The translations under genes and the position numbers were made by a program. Shown here in pieces: positions 39,638 to 52,864 of a stretch of 64,000 nucleotides of DNA. The stretch spans positions 146,942,001 to 147,006,000 of the forward strand of contig NC_058368.1 in the NCBI RefSeq assembly GCF_018350175.1. The letters are read 5' to 3'. The stretch is from Felis catus (taxonomy: Eukaryota). Under the pieces are notes generated by a model. That model searched no databases and was not told the DNA's origin. It was given only the letters and a program-made list of their open reading frames with translations. The stretch's first letter is position 1, and every line of letters begins with the position of its first letter.

Positions 39638-40658
39638 TCTCTTTTTCTTTCTCTCTCCATATTTATGTATGAGATATAGAAGATGACGTCTATATATATG
39701 ACTATATACATATAATTTATATATATGGTTGAATTTGCACCTTTGTTTTATAAACCATAGGTTCTATACTTAGGACAGTGTCACTCTAATTATTTTTCTT
39801 CTATATTTCTATATCAAGTACGGTATATTCTCCTTGATAATATTTTGTAATTTGAGTTTTTTCCAACCCTTATTCTCTAAGATACACTGGAAAAATCACA
39901 CATACAAATTAAAAACAATAACAAAAAAAACCTCCTGTTAGTATTTTTATTAGAATTATACTAGTTTCTAATTTTATTGCATTATAATTTGTCTTGTTGG
40001 CATTGAATGACTTCTATTTTTTTAATTAGCGAGGTTTTTCCTGTAAGTACTTCATGAACCATAAAAGAATATAGAGGTTTTTTGGGGGGGGATTACTATT
40101 GTTAATTCTGTTTTCCAATTTTCTGTATTTTATCTCTGCTTTCCCCTACCACTTCATAGTTTATTAACAATTACTTTTAGTCTTGCTCTTTTGATTCCTA
40201 TTTATTTTTTTATGAGTTGGAATACATTGCCTAATAACTTTTCTATTTTTTTAAAAAGTCAGAGAAATGTAACAAAGACATATTAGATTTTCCCATAATT
40301 GTGTTTTGTGAGTTTCTTTTATTTCTGACAGCCTAACTGTAGTTACGTTGGTATTTTATTACGTGACACATAAAGTTTAGTGATTATTGTAAATTTATTG
40401 AGAATTGTACTTATTAGCAAAAAAATAATTTCTATCTCATTTAATATTTTCTTTGGATTTTTCTTGTATCCTATTGACTGTCACTGCTTCCTTTTTGTTT
40501 GTATTTCCTTGATAAGTCTTTACTCATTCTTTTATATCTTTAACCTAAATTTTATTTTGGATACTTCTTAGGTAAATAGCATTTTTATAGTAATTTAATT
40601 TAAAATAGTTTAATTTATAATAGTTTAATTTAAAATCTAAATAGCCTAAAACAGCATC

Positions 40659-41249
40659 TGTCTTGAGGAATTGAGGGAGGGTATGGGAACAAATGATGGC
40701 CTAATTTATATTTAAGAAAGTAAAATCTCTAGCTCCCTTGCATTTACATAGGATCATACAAGAGGGAAAATGAATAGTGAAATTTCAAAGCCCATTCTTC
40801 CGGGCTGTTAAAAGGTGAGACTCAGAGGAGAAGGGCTGTTTGGGTCGTGATATTAATAAGACTTCGGAAAAGCAAAGGCAAGACAGAAGACTATTTGTAG
40901 TTCAAAAGCTAGATAAACTGCTCAGCTTAATAAAGGGGGAGGGGTTGCTGAGTAACCTGTAAGCACAGTGGTGAGGGGTTCTTGGCAATATGAGAGGGCT
41001 GGAGATACACAAGGAGTCTTAAGGAGGAAAGGACACACCATAGGGTGAAAGCACATTTCCATGGTCCCAGAGCTTCAGTGTTATCTGCAACGCCCAGCAT
41101 TTCCTGTCTAGGGAGTTGGACATGGGGAAACACAGGAGAGGGGCAGGAGGAAGAGCTGGAGACATAGAAGGTCAGATACAAGCAAGGTTTAGAGTTCAGA
41201 TAGTAAAAGAACTTGGGTCCAGCAAGAACTTTAAGTATACCCCACCACA
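40659..41249. mobile_element. Possible old solo LTR
   Basis: ~590-bp purine/GC-richer block with TG...CA ends in very T-rich, L1M-like surroundings; only a weak flanking duplication (GCATC/GCACA); family not recognised. Confidence 0.35.
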
Positions 41250-42512
41250 GCACATTGAGCTCATAAAATTTGAGATACTACAATGCGTGGTTTTTTAAAA
41301 TGTCATAGAAGAATATAATCTCCTTTGACATCTGAATTACCTGTTTAGAATTTTACTGTTGAACCTAACCTGACAAACTGCTTTTCAACAAGAAGCATAA
41401 CCTACTTACAGTTATTATCGTATCTGATGTATTTGGGGTTATTAGCATCACATCATTTTGTGTGTAATTTTGTTATTTCTTATTCCTACCTTTCCATTCA
41501 TACGTTTTTGGGCCTATTTTTTTCTTTAATCTGAAGTGTTCTCTTGCTTCCATGATTTCCAAGTTATATGCACTTTATTTTATTTTATTTATTTTTTTAA
41601 CTAGTGGTTATACTTGAGGAATTTCAATTATTTCAACTTACTACCTTTCTTTAATCCTCATTGTAAGGAGTGAAGTGGTAGTTAGAAGTATGTTAAATGA
41701 ACATTTAGCCTTTACTTTCAATCTCCTCTCCCCTATTGCTTCTCAACTTGTATAATTAACAGTTACTACTTTTTCTTCCTCAGTTTGAATTCTATTGATC
41801 CTTTTTGATTTAGAGTACAATGCCAAGTAGTTTTCAGAAAGAATACACAAGTAGGTGTCTATTTTTTACCACTTGAATGCCTGATAATGTCTTTTTATAG
41901 CTTTGTCACAAGAACAAAATCAAGGATGGATAAATAAATTTGGGGTTACATTTTTATCTGTGGTTCACTTTTTACAACTGTAAATATTGCCTATTTTTTG
42001 GTGTTGAGGTTGAGAAGGAGATATCCAGATGCAATGTGAATTTTGTTCCTTTATAAGTTATCTGCTTTCCTATATAGTAGTTGAATTTCTCCTACATCTG
42101 TTGTAAAATTTAACAGTCATAACTAGGATATGTTATAATATTATCTCTTTTCATTATTTACATCTTATATATGCCAAATTCCTTTGATAAAAATTCAGGT
42201 CTTTCTTCAGGTTAACATTAATTTTTTTTTCACTTATTATTGATTTTTTGATTTCTTATAAATGATTTTCCTTTTCCCTGTGATGTCTATGATAGGTTGG
42301 ATTTTCTCTTTCCTCTATATCGAATATATTTCCTTACATTATTTTCACCTTTTTGTATTTCTTTTCTGAATTCTGGGTTGATTATTTGAATTTATCTTTT
42401 ATTATATTAAAATATGCAGAATTCAGTCTACTGTTCACTCTCAATATCAGGGCTCAGAGTACAGATAAGTAGGAGATACATTATCTATACAGACTTTAAA
42501 AACAATAATAAA

Positions 42513-44856
42513 GCCCCCATAGCCAGTAAAGAAATCAAATTAGTAATTAAAAATCTCCCAAAAAACGAGCCCAGGGTCAGATGGCTTTCCATGGGAATTC
42601 TACCAAACATTTAAAAAATTAACACCTATTCTCTCTTGAAGCTGTTCCAAAAAAAAAAAAAAAAAAAAAAAAAGAAATGGAAGAAAAACTTCCAACTCTA
42701 TGAAACATTACCTTGATTCCAAAACCAACAAAGTCCCACTAAAAAGGAGAACGATAGACCAATTCCCCTGATGTACATGGGTGCAAAAATCCTCACAAGC
42801 TATTAGCCGACCAGATCCAACATATATTAAAAAAATTATTCACCACTACCAAGTGGGCTCTATACCTGGGATGCAGGGCTGGTTCAATATCCCCAAAACA
42901 ATGAATGCAATTCATCACATCAATAAAAGAAAGGATAAGAACCACATGATCCTCTCAATAGATGCAGAGAAAGTGTTTGACAAAATACAGCATCCTTTCT
43001 TGATAAAAAACCCTCAAGAAAGTAGGGATAGAAGGATCACACCTCTAGATCATAAAAGCCACATATCAAAGACCCACTGCTAATATTATCCTCAATGGGG
43101 AAAAACTGAGAGCTTTCCCCCTAAGGTCAAGAACAAGACAGGGATGTCCACTCTCACCACTGTTATTCAGCATAGTACTGGAAGTCTTAGCCTCAGCAAT
43201 CAGACAATACAAAGGAAAAAAAACGCATCCCAATCACAGGAGGAGGTCAAACTTTCACTCTTCAAAGAGGACGTGATACTCTATATGGAAAACCCAAGAG
43301 ATTCCACGAAAAAACTGTGAGAACTGATCCTTGAATTCAGCAAAGTCACAGAATACAAAATCAATGCACAGAAATGGGTTGCATTCCTATAACAATAATG
43401 AAGCAACAGAAAGAGAATTCAAGTCGATCCCATTCACAATTGCACCCAAAACTATGAATCACCTAGGAATATATCTAACCAAAGAGGTGAAAAACCTATA
43501 GACTGAAAACTATAGAAAGCTTATGAAAGAAATTGAAGAAGACACACACACAAAAAAAATGGAAAAAATATTCCATGCTCCTGGATTGGAAGAACAGATA
43601 TTGTTAAAATGTCAATACTACCCAAAGCAATCTATGTATTCAATGCAATCCCTATAAAATAGCACCAGCATTCTTCACAGAGCTAGAACAAACAATCCTA
43701 AAATTTGTATGGAACCAGACAGGACCCCAAATAGCCAAAGCAATCCTGAAAAAGAAAACCAAAGCTGGAGGCATCACAATCTCAGACTTCAAGCTGTATT
43801 ACAAAGCTGTAATCATCAAGACAGTATGGTACTGGCACAAAAACAGGCACTCAGATCAATGGAACAGAATAGGGAACCCAAAAATGGACCCACAAACGTA
43901 TGGCCAACTAATCTTTGACAAAGCAGGAAAGAACATCCAATGGAATAAAGACAGTCTCTTCAGCAAGTGGTGCTGGGAAAACTGTACAGCGACATGCAGA
44001 AAAATAAACCTGGACCACATTCTTACACCATACACAAAAATAAACTCAAAATGGATGAAAGACCTAAATGAAAGACGTGAATCCATCAAAATTCTCGAGA
44101 AGAAAGCAAGGAAAAACCTTATTGACCTTGGCTGCAGCAACTACTTACTCAACATATCACTGGAAGCAAGGGAAACAAAGCAAAATGAACTACTGGGACC
44201 TCATAAAAAAATCAAAAAACAAAAGTAACAAACAAACAAAAAACCTTCTGCACAGCAAACAATCACCAAAACTAAAAGGCAACCGACAATAGGAGAAGAT
44301 ATTTGCAAATAATATATCAGAAAAAGGGTTAGTATTCACAATCTATAAAGAACTTATCAAACTCAACACCCAAAAAACAAATAATCCAGTGAAGAAATGG
44401 GCAAAAGACATGAATAGACCCTTCTCCAAAGAAGACATCCAGATGGCCGACACGTGAAAAAATGCTCAATATGACTCATCATCAGGGAAATATAAATTGA
44501 AACCACAGTGCGGTACCACCTCACACCTGTCAGAATGGCTAACATTAACAACTCAGGCAACAACAGATGTTGGCAAGGATGTGGAGAAAGAGGTTCTCTT
44601 TTGCACTGTTGGTGGCAATGCAAGCTAGTGCAGCCAGTCTGGAAAACAGTATGGAGGTTCCTCAAAAAATTAAAAATAGAACTACCCTACGACCCAGCAA
44701 TTGCACTACTAGGCATTTATCCAAGGGATACAGGTGTGCTGTTTCGAAGGGACACATGCACCCAATGTTTACAGCAGTGCTATCAACAATAGCCAAAGTA
44801 TGGAAAGAGCCCAAATATCCATCGACAGATGAATGGATAAAGAAGGTGTGGTGTGT

Positions 44857-44903
<47 letters not shown>

Positions 44904-45351
44904 GGAGTATTACTCGACAATCAAAAAGAATGAAATCTTGCCATTTGCAACTATGTGGATGGAATTGGAGGATACTATGCTAAGCAAAATTACTCAGGGA
45001 AAGACAAATATCATATGACTTTATTCATATGAGGACTTTAAGAGACAAAACAGATGAACATAAAGGAAGGGAAGCAAAAATAATATAAAAATAAGGAGGG
45101 GGACAAAAAAGAAGAGACTCTTAAATATAGAGCATAAACAGAAGATTGCTGGAGGGGTTGTGGGAGGGTGGATGGTCTAAATGGGTAAGGGGCATTAAGC
45201 AATCTACTCCTGAAATCATTGTTGCACTGTATGCTAACTTGGATGTAAATTAAAAAAAATAACCATGGTTAAAATAGGAAAAAAAATAAAAATTTCAAAA
45301 TATTTAAAAAATAAGGTGTAAAAAACAAAACATTCAAAAACAAAACAAAAG
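42513..45351 (+). mobile_element. 5'-truncated LINE-1 (RT to 3'UTR) with long composite tail
   Basis: ORF2 remnants ([49 protein letters not shown]), 3'UTR; 15-bp TSD AAAAACAATAATAAA (42498-42512 / 45352-45366). Confidence 0.95.
44858..44901. repeat. Perfect (CA)n microsatellite (~21 units) inside the L1
   Basis: Direct inspection. Confidence 0.95.
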
Positions 45352-45661
45352 AAAAACAATAATAAAACCAACTAAAAGTCAGTTTGCTTTTTGTTATCAC
45401 TGTTTGCTAACAAATACAATAATGCTCTTTTAGGGTACAGATTGTGTCTCCAGTCCAGGTAGTTCTACATAGTTCTGCATTAAAACAGGGAATATAAAGA
45501 TTAACAAAAAGACCTGTATTTATTTCAAGTGTGTCTTTCTACATGGCAGTTTTATTTGTGCTTAAAATTTAAGGCAGTGAACAAAATGTGAATCACAAGT
45601 GCATTGTTTTGGATTGGTAAATGCAAATTTTCATTTATACATAAAATATTTTATTGTATTT

Positions 45662-45860
45662 AAATATATATATGTGTATATATATGTGTGTATATATATG
45701 TGTATATATATGTGTATACACACATATATATGTATGTATACACACACATATGTGTGTATACATACATATATGTGTATGTGTATACACACATATATACACA
45801 CATATATATATATACATATATATACACATACATATATATAGAGAGAGAGAGAAAGAGAGA
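45662..45860. repeat. Compound (TA/TG/CA)n plus (GA)n microsatellite at the tail of a reverse SINE
   Basis: Direct inspection; explains the Y/I/C/V/H/T-rich ORFs here. Confidence 0.95.
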
Positions 45861-46255
45861 ACACAAGTGGATGAGAGGAGCAGATAGAGAGAGAGAGATA
45901 ATCTCAAACAGTCTCCATGCTACTCACGGAGTTCAAATACGGGGCTCAGGGGCGCCTGGGTGGCGCAGTCGGTTAAGCGTCCGACTTCAGCCAGATCACG
46001 ATCTCGCGGTCCGTGAGTTCGAGCCCCGCATCAGGCTCTGGGCTGATGGCTCAGAGCCTGGAGCCTGTTTCCGATTCTGTGTCTCCCTCTCTCTCTGCCC
46101 CTCCCCCGTTCATGCTCTGTCTCTCTCTGTCCCAAAAATAAATAAAAGTGTGGAAAAAAAATTCAAATACGGGGCTCAATCCCAGGACCCTGTGATCACA
46201 ACCTGAAATGAAAGGAAGAGTTGGATGCTCAACTGACTGAGCCACCCAGGCGCCA
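45840..46255 (-). mobile_element. Older CAN-SINE split by a younger SINE
   Basis: Parts at 45840-45948 and 46162-46255 join into one reverse SINE ending CCACCCAGGCGCC. Confidence 0.85.
45949..46161 (+). mobile_element. Young felid CAN-SINE nested in the older SINE
   Basis: Perfect 17-bp TSD TTCAAATACGGGGCTCA (45932-45948 / 46162-46178). Confidence 0.97.
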
Positions 46256-46993
46256 CTAAACAATATTTTTAAAATAGAATCTATTCTTTCAAGTGATAAT
46301 GGCTTTAGAACTAAAAAATAAGTAAAATTATGATTAGTACCTGATTACTACCTGTTATTTTTTTCATATAGGGGAAAGAGATTAAAAAGTAATCTCTGAT
46401 TATCAAATATGCTAGTCACATCACTGCCAACCATGATGATAGCTTTTTGTAGAAGCTCACTCAATAGGAAAGTCTGATGACTTAGGTTTTCTCTTTGGGA
46501 CAGAATCTATTCTTCAAGGAAATATCTATGTATTGATATTTCTTCCTTCTGGCTATCTACTCTGGGATATAAACCTTATGAACTTTGACATTCTGCTTGG
46601 TGTGGCCATCTGGTTTACGCTGATCTCCTTTTTCTTCCTGCACCCCAATTCTGCATAAATGGAACTATGTGAGTTATTTTTAAATTCTCCCATCCTTATT
46701 TCCTAGACACGATTTTTGCAGGTCTCTGTGCTTCTTACAGTTTTCTCTACACTTCATCTTGAAGAAATTCATCAAAGCTTCTGATTTTTAATGGCACCCT
46801 TTATAGTTTCAGGTTGGTAGATGTTTTTTTTCCATTTTATTATTATTTGTTTTATTTCCATAGACATCCATGAGGGTGGTGGGGAAACATCTCTGCTCCT
46901 TATCTTTTTGCAAATTCTCTGCTTCTTATGGATTTCAATTTCCCAAACTTTGTCATTTCTACATTTCTGAAAGAGGTGTTAATAAGCAAGGAA

Positions 46994-47003
46994 TGTGTGT
47001 GTT

Positions 47004-47033
<30 letters not shown>
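46994..47033. repeat. (TG)n(CG)n alternating purine-pyrimidine tract
   Basis: TGTGTGTGTTTGTGTGTGTGTGTGTGTGCGCGCGCGCACG. Confidence 0.9.
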
Positions 47034-47034
<1 letters not shown>

Positions 47035-47984
47035 AAGCATGTGAAGTCGTGTGCAAATATGTGTGTGGATTAATTTTAAAGACTTGCAGCTGTTAGAAGG
47101 AAGCTCTTGAGTAATCCTATAATTACAGTGCGCTGAATAGTTTTAATGAATCTATGTAATTTTATTTTTCTTTCTTTGAATTCACACACGAGTCTGAGTA
47201 AGAGTACTGTTTTGACAAATTCTTGACCTAGAATTTTAAAATTTATACATGTTTGCATTCATAAAAGAGGAGATCCAGAAAAATGCTTTGATCAATTCAG
47301 GAAATGTAACCTTTATGGTCCCAAAGAGAACACCCACAGTAGCTTGCAGAGGTAGGAGAATAGGTTAAGAATGACTGTTTTGAAGCTGAAAGCTCAGGAT
47401 CAGTTTAGGGAGTTGTACCCAGGACTGTAAAATTCTTTATTTTATCCTATATACTTCAGAACTGATGTTTTTCTAGTCTTAGATTTATCCAGTGTAATGT
47501 ACCTTTGATAAAACTGGTTCTACACAATGTGGCCGAATCTCTGGCTTCTGAGGGAATACTAGCAGGTCCATAATACTGGCTGCAGGTACAGCAAGAATGT
47601 AAAACTCCTGGAAAACACCAGAGGGATTTAAACAATTCAGTACTGAGCTGGGAGCCTGGGATAAATAGAATGCTATTACTGAGACAGTAATATTTGCCAA
47701 GATTAATAGTTGAATTACTTGAAAGTTAATATTTATGATGTTTAAGAGGTAAGTCCATAAGGAAAGTAGAAGGAAGGCTATTTAATAATGGCATTTTTTT
47801 TAACATGAGAAAGGCAGCCTAGGGGACAAAATCAAATCGTTTGTGTGGGTGGGGGGAAAGAAGACAATTCAAATCCCGGCACCCTGTGAGTTCTCTCAGG
47901 TTCACCCCTTGAGAGTAAGTCTTTCATTCTCACCCCACCCCGTCATATGCACATCCTATGATGTATCTCCAGTGAACTGTGGAT

Positions 47985-48365
47985 CATTTGCTGAACACAC
48001 GTTTCTTTTCATAGCACTGTTCCTTATACTAAGCCCTGTGCTTGGAATGCCTTTCCTCTTCTTGTCTGCGTGAGAAACCCCTCCTCATAGATCAAGGCAC
48101 AGTTCACATGTTCCCTCTACTGTGAAATAAACAGAAGTTGTTACAATCCCTGTGCCCATAACACCCCATCACCTTCCCCAAGCCCAGCATCTTGTTTTCA
48201 CCAGCAACTACCACATTGTTTGTAATGCATGTCCTTCTCATGTCCCTCCCCACTGGCCTGCAAGCTCCTTGAGGACTGAACTCTGCCCTATTCCTCTTTG
48301 CATTTCCTGTATCTTAAACATGTCTGCTCTTCAGCAGAAGCCAAGTATGTTAAATATATGAAGGG
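47985..48365 (+). mobile_element. LINE-2 remnant
   Basis: CTGTGCTTGGAATGCCTTTCC, CTGCAAGCTCCTTGAGGAC and an L2-like 3' end. Confidence 0.55.
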
Positions 48366-48689
48366 GTGAAGGAAACAATCCCATGTTAAATTTACCTCTA
48401 TAACCTAGACTCAAGAGTGCTCTATTTCCTTTGGGTGATGGGCTTTCTAGAACATTGGAAAATTAGAGATACAGATATTGTTCAAGGGTACCTAGACCTT
48501 TGACAGTACTTTTGCCTCAGGGATGACAAAGTCCCTGTTTATGCTAAATTTGTATCAGGAGTAAGGATATCTGTAAATAGGCTCTTCAAAAGAAGTACAT
48601 AAATCACTGGTGTAGGTTTTTCTGAATTGATGTTGAAAGACTGAGTAACAAGTACAGTGTCCTAACACATACTTTGCTTTTTTCTTTAA

Positions 48690-48890
48690 GTTTTCTTAAA
48701 TATTTATTTTTGAGAGAGAGACAGCATGTGAGTGGGAGAGGGGCAGAGAGAGAGGGAGATACAGAATCCAAAGCAGGTTCCAGGCTGTGAGCTGTTAGCA
48801 TAGATGCCGACGTGGGGCTCAAACTCATGGGCCACAAGATCATGACCTAAGCCCAGTTGGTTGCTTAACTGACTGAGCCACCCAGGTGCC
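48690..48890 (-). mobile_element. CAN-SINE
   Basis: Reverse SINEC; TTTTTCTTTA flanks. Confidence 0.92.
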
Positions 48891-49789
48891 TATTTTTTTC
48901 TTTAGGCTTACAGCAACCTCAAAGACTAATCTGGAAGCTCAGTAGGGGAGGCAGAGAAGCCACACTACATTATATTGCTCTGGCAACATACTCTATAATG
49001 GCACTTATGAGGGCTTCATAAATTAAGAATTCCTAACAGTGTACATGTATGATTTTTCCCTGCCATCTGTGAACCACCTGCAATGCTGCAAATTATTTAT
49101 ACTGGACTGCATGGATCACTCTCATCAGCACTGTACTTATCAGAGCTGGTCTATACGATGTGCAATGTCTTGGATTTCACAGAGCAATTTTTCAAGTCCC
49201 CAGTTATGGGGAAATGAACAGAAATGAATGTAATATGCACTTCATGTGTACATGTAAAGAAGTTCCCACTTTCAGGGTCTTCACAAACACGTCTGTGAGT
49301 TGCTTAAGACGATATTCTGAATCAAAGTAACAAAGTTAACCCGTAACTTACTTTTTAATCGTATCTATGCATGCTTCTACCCCCTCCTTCTTCATATGCT
49401 AGCTCGTAATTCTAAAATTGTTAACAATTTAAAGGGAGTATTTCAGAATCTGCTTCTGCCTTGGAAAGATCTATCTACAGTAGCTGGTTACAGGGAATTA
49501 CATGAGAGCTTCTTGACCGTTGGGCTAAGGCACATTTGTGTCGCTAAAATGCCATACAACTGTGCTGAGATACCGATTCCTTCAATCCCCAGAGCAGCCA
49601 GAACAAAGAGACCTCTGGCAGCAAACAGCCTCATACTTTCCTTCAAGTCTGCAGGCCAAATGCTGTAATTTGTTGTGTGTGCCATGATATGTGAATACAT
49701 TTTAAAAGCACTGAATTGTATGTAGCATGTTGATATAAAAACTCATGAGGTATATCGTCAAGAGTACCACAATGACATTGAGAGGGCCA

Positions 49790-50030
49790 TAGTACAGTGG
49801 CCAGGAGCCTGGACTTGATAATGTGCTCTGTGAGTTTGTTTCCCGAGTCTGTTCTTTACGAGTCATACAACATCTGATGAATCACTTAGCTTTTCTACGT
49901 GTCACTTTTCTCATCTGCAAAATAGAGGTAATAAAACCTTGCCTTTAGGATTGAGAAGATAAAGTAACACAGAGTGCTTAGAACATGCCTGATACACAGT
50001 AAAGGTAATGAAAGTTTTTACTATTATGAT
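49790..50030 (+). mobile_element. MIR remnant
   Basis: TAGTACAGTGG...TTTTCTCATCTGCAAAATAGAGGTAATAA...GTGCTTAGAACATGCCTGATACACAGTAA. Confidence 0.75.
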
Positions 50031-51700
50031 TAATTTTTTGGTGAGGATCTGTCTCCAGCATCTACAATGCTATCATTAAGATGCATTCATCTCCCATACA
50101 CAATGAACGAGTACAATATGTTTATATTTATTCATGTCAAATCTATAGCACTAAGGACTTCCCTTAAAATTCTTATGGTCTCATTGACATCACTTCACCA
50201 ACAGGTACTTTTTATTCTAGAGGAGTTTCATAAAAATTCAGAAAAGTTTTCTTGGACTAGATTTAATGACTTAATGATTAGATAAACAGTACAAAGAAAA
50301 AAATAATCCCCCAAACTGGTAAATTGCAGTAGTTTGTGAACCAGATAATTTGCTCAACAGCATGTTTTATTAGGAAAAATCTGAAGAGGGAACATAGGAA
50401 TGGATCCCCAAGCTTTGATAGCTCTAACATGTAGACCTGAGAAGGTCTACTTCACAATACAGGACATGCCCCTGACATGCATTTTTTTCCTCTCATCGGG
50501 CCATTTTCCTATACCAACCAACCTTTTTTTTTTTTTTTTTTTAAGGAACTATTGTTGATAGGTTAGTACAAAGTAGAGGTCCCCAGTGGACTGGAATTTG
50601 TTCCTCAATTGATCCAAACTATACAGTGTCATACTTAAAAATGGATAAAAGGTGATCATTCCAAGATTCTTTTTTCTTAACTACAGGTGGCACATGTGTC
50701 ATCTTTTTGATTTGCGGTTAAAGCTGCCAAGAATTTAGTATTTCACTAGCATCTTTATTAGTGGTACCCAAAGAATTGCTGCACACATTGATATAGTGCA
50801 GGGATCTGCTATTATGTTTGAGGAATACTGAAAAGATTTTTTTCATTCCCTACTATCAACTCAGTGCTTCAGTTCATTTCAATTCCACACATCTGATAAC
50901 TACTCCCTTTCTGAAAATCAAGTGTATCCCTTAACTAACATTGTCATCAAGCCATAAATTAATCATGCAGTTTATTCACCCCACTGCTGCAGTCATTCCC
51001 CAATAGCAACGTGGATGCCTCAGAGAATAAGTTGACTATGGAAGTGCACAAAATGGCATCTTAATGACCTGAGGAGCTAATACACTTCTGTAAGTGCCTA
51101 GCTAAATATCACAGAGTGACTTGGACACTGGGGAAAGGTTGGCTCATTATTCCACTGTGCTGAGTTCAATCACTTGGGTTCTCTTTATTTGCTGTTGGCC
51201 TTTCCATTTTCCTTTATCTGCTCATGCATAAAGGATATTGATTTAAATAAAAGATACTGTAAACATGCACTTTGTTAGGGAAATCTGACTATGCAAGTAT
51301 AATTTCAAAGGTCAGAGTTCTAGCAATGCTTGATTTACATTAATTTGTGCTTGAGGAAATGCCTACTTGACTAAATTAAAAAAATTTGATTCACATATTG
51401 CTCTGTGCTCTTCTATCATGTTCTGCCAGAACTGATCAAAGTGGAAAATCATATTCACTAGAAAATGTCCTACTTGGAATCACCCAATGTAGTACAAAAG
51501 ATTAAACCTCTGGGCAAAATATAGCCTTTATTCAAGTTTCAAAGATTTTGTACCTCCATCCTAAAGTGTTTTGCCATAGTGGAATAAATAGTCTTTAAAA
51601 ATAAAAACTATTTAACAGCTGTTTCTAGGACAACACACCTTTTAAATTACATGAAGAAATTTAAATGGTGTGTTTTACAGACATGGAAAAACTGACAAAG

Positions 51701-51909
51701 TTTGTTTTTAATTTTTTTAATGTTGATTTTTAAGAGAAATATCTAGAGTGTAAGCAAGGGAGGGACAGAGAGGGAGACACAGAATGGAAGCAGGCTCCAG
51801 GCTCTGAGCTGTCAGCACAGAACCCGACTTGGGGCTGGAACTCACAGACTGGGAGATCATGACAGGAGCCAAAGTCCATGCTTAATCAACTGAGCCACCC
51901 AAGCACTTC
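51701..51909 (-). mobile_element. CAN-SINE
   Basis: Reverse SINEC; TSD AAAAACTGACA. Confidence 0.9.
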
Positions 51910-52201
51910 AAAAAACTGACATTTTTTTTTAAAAAAAGATTATATGCTTCATGTATTGCAAAAATTGCAAATCATTTAACTCGTTTGATTATTCCAGTAA
52001 AAATGTCTGCCTTTAAATGCCCTAAGTTTTGCATATAAATTTACTTTTCAGTGTTGATTTGCTTGTATTAAAATGTACTTCTATTAATAAGATTAATTAA
52101 CATTTTCTTAGAGTGCTTTCCCTCCAGTGTGCTTTCAAAATTGTTTATTTGCCATTTTGTTACTTCAATTTTTCTGTAGAGTAAAAAGATAAAGATGAAT
52201 T

Positions 52202-52412
52202 GGGGTGCCTGGGTGGCTCAGTCAGTTAAGTGTCTGACTTCAGCTCAAGTCATGATCTCACAGTTCATGGGTTCGAGCCCCATGTAGGGCTCTGTGCTGA
52301 CAGCTTAGAGCCTGGAGCCTGCTTTGGATTCTGTGTCTTCCTCTCTCTCTGCCCCTCCCCTGCTTGTACTCTGTCTCTCTCTCTGAAACATAAACATAAA
52401 AAAATTAAAAAT
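52202..52412 (+). mobile_element. CAN-SINE
   Basis: GGGGTGCCTGGGTGGCTCAG head; TSD ATAAAGATGAATT. Confidence 0.95.
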
Positions 52413-52655
52413 ATAAAGATGAATTAAAACTTTGTTAATAAGCAAATGCAATTGACATTAGGGTCATAGGCAGAAAAATCCTTTAATTATGTAGTATCAT
52501 GTATTTTTTTTTAAACTTGTTATTTGTGGGTTTATTTGTCAAACAAATTTAGTTCTAATTTTCAGATATATCTCTTACTAGGTAAATTGTGAACAGGAGA
52601 TAATAATTACTACCTTATAAATTGTTGAACAAAGTGACCACTTAGGAATCCTTTC

Positions 52656-52864
52656 ATTTTTAAGGTTTTTATTTTTTAAAGTTTATTTATTATTTGAAAG
52701 AGGGAGAGAGAGAGAGAGAGAGAGAGTGGGGGGAGAGGGCAGAGAGAGAGGGAGAGAGAGAATCCCAAGCAGGCTCTGCAGAGCCTGAAGTGGGGGCTAC
52801 AACTCATGAAGCACAAGATCATGACCTGAGCTGAATCAAGTCAGATGAGCCACCCAGGCACCCC
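52656..52864 (-). mobile_element. CAN-SINE
   Basis: Reverse SINEC with (GA)n; TSD TAG(G/A)AATCCTTT. Confidence 0.92.

Noticed and set aside
45599..46263. Cluster of overlapping Y/I/C/H/T-rich ORFs
   Set aside because: Translations of a dinucleotide microsatellite plus SINE.
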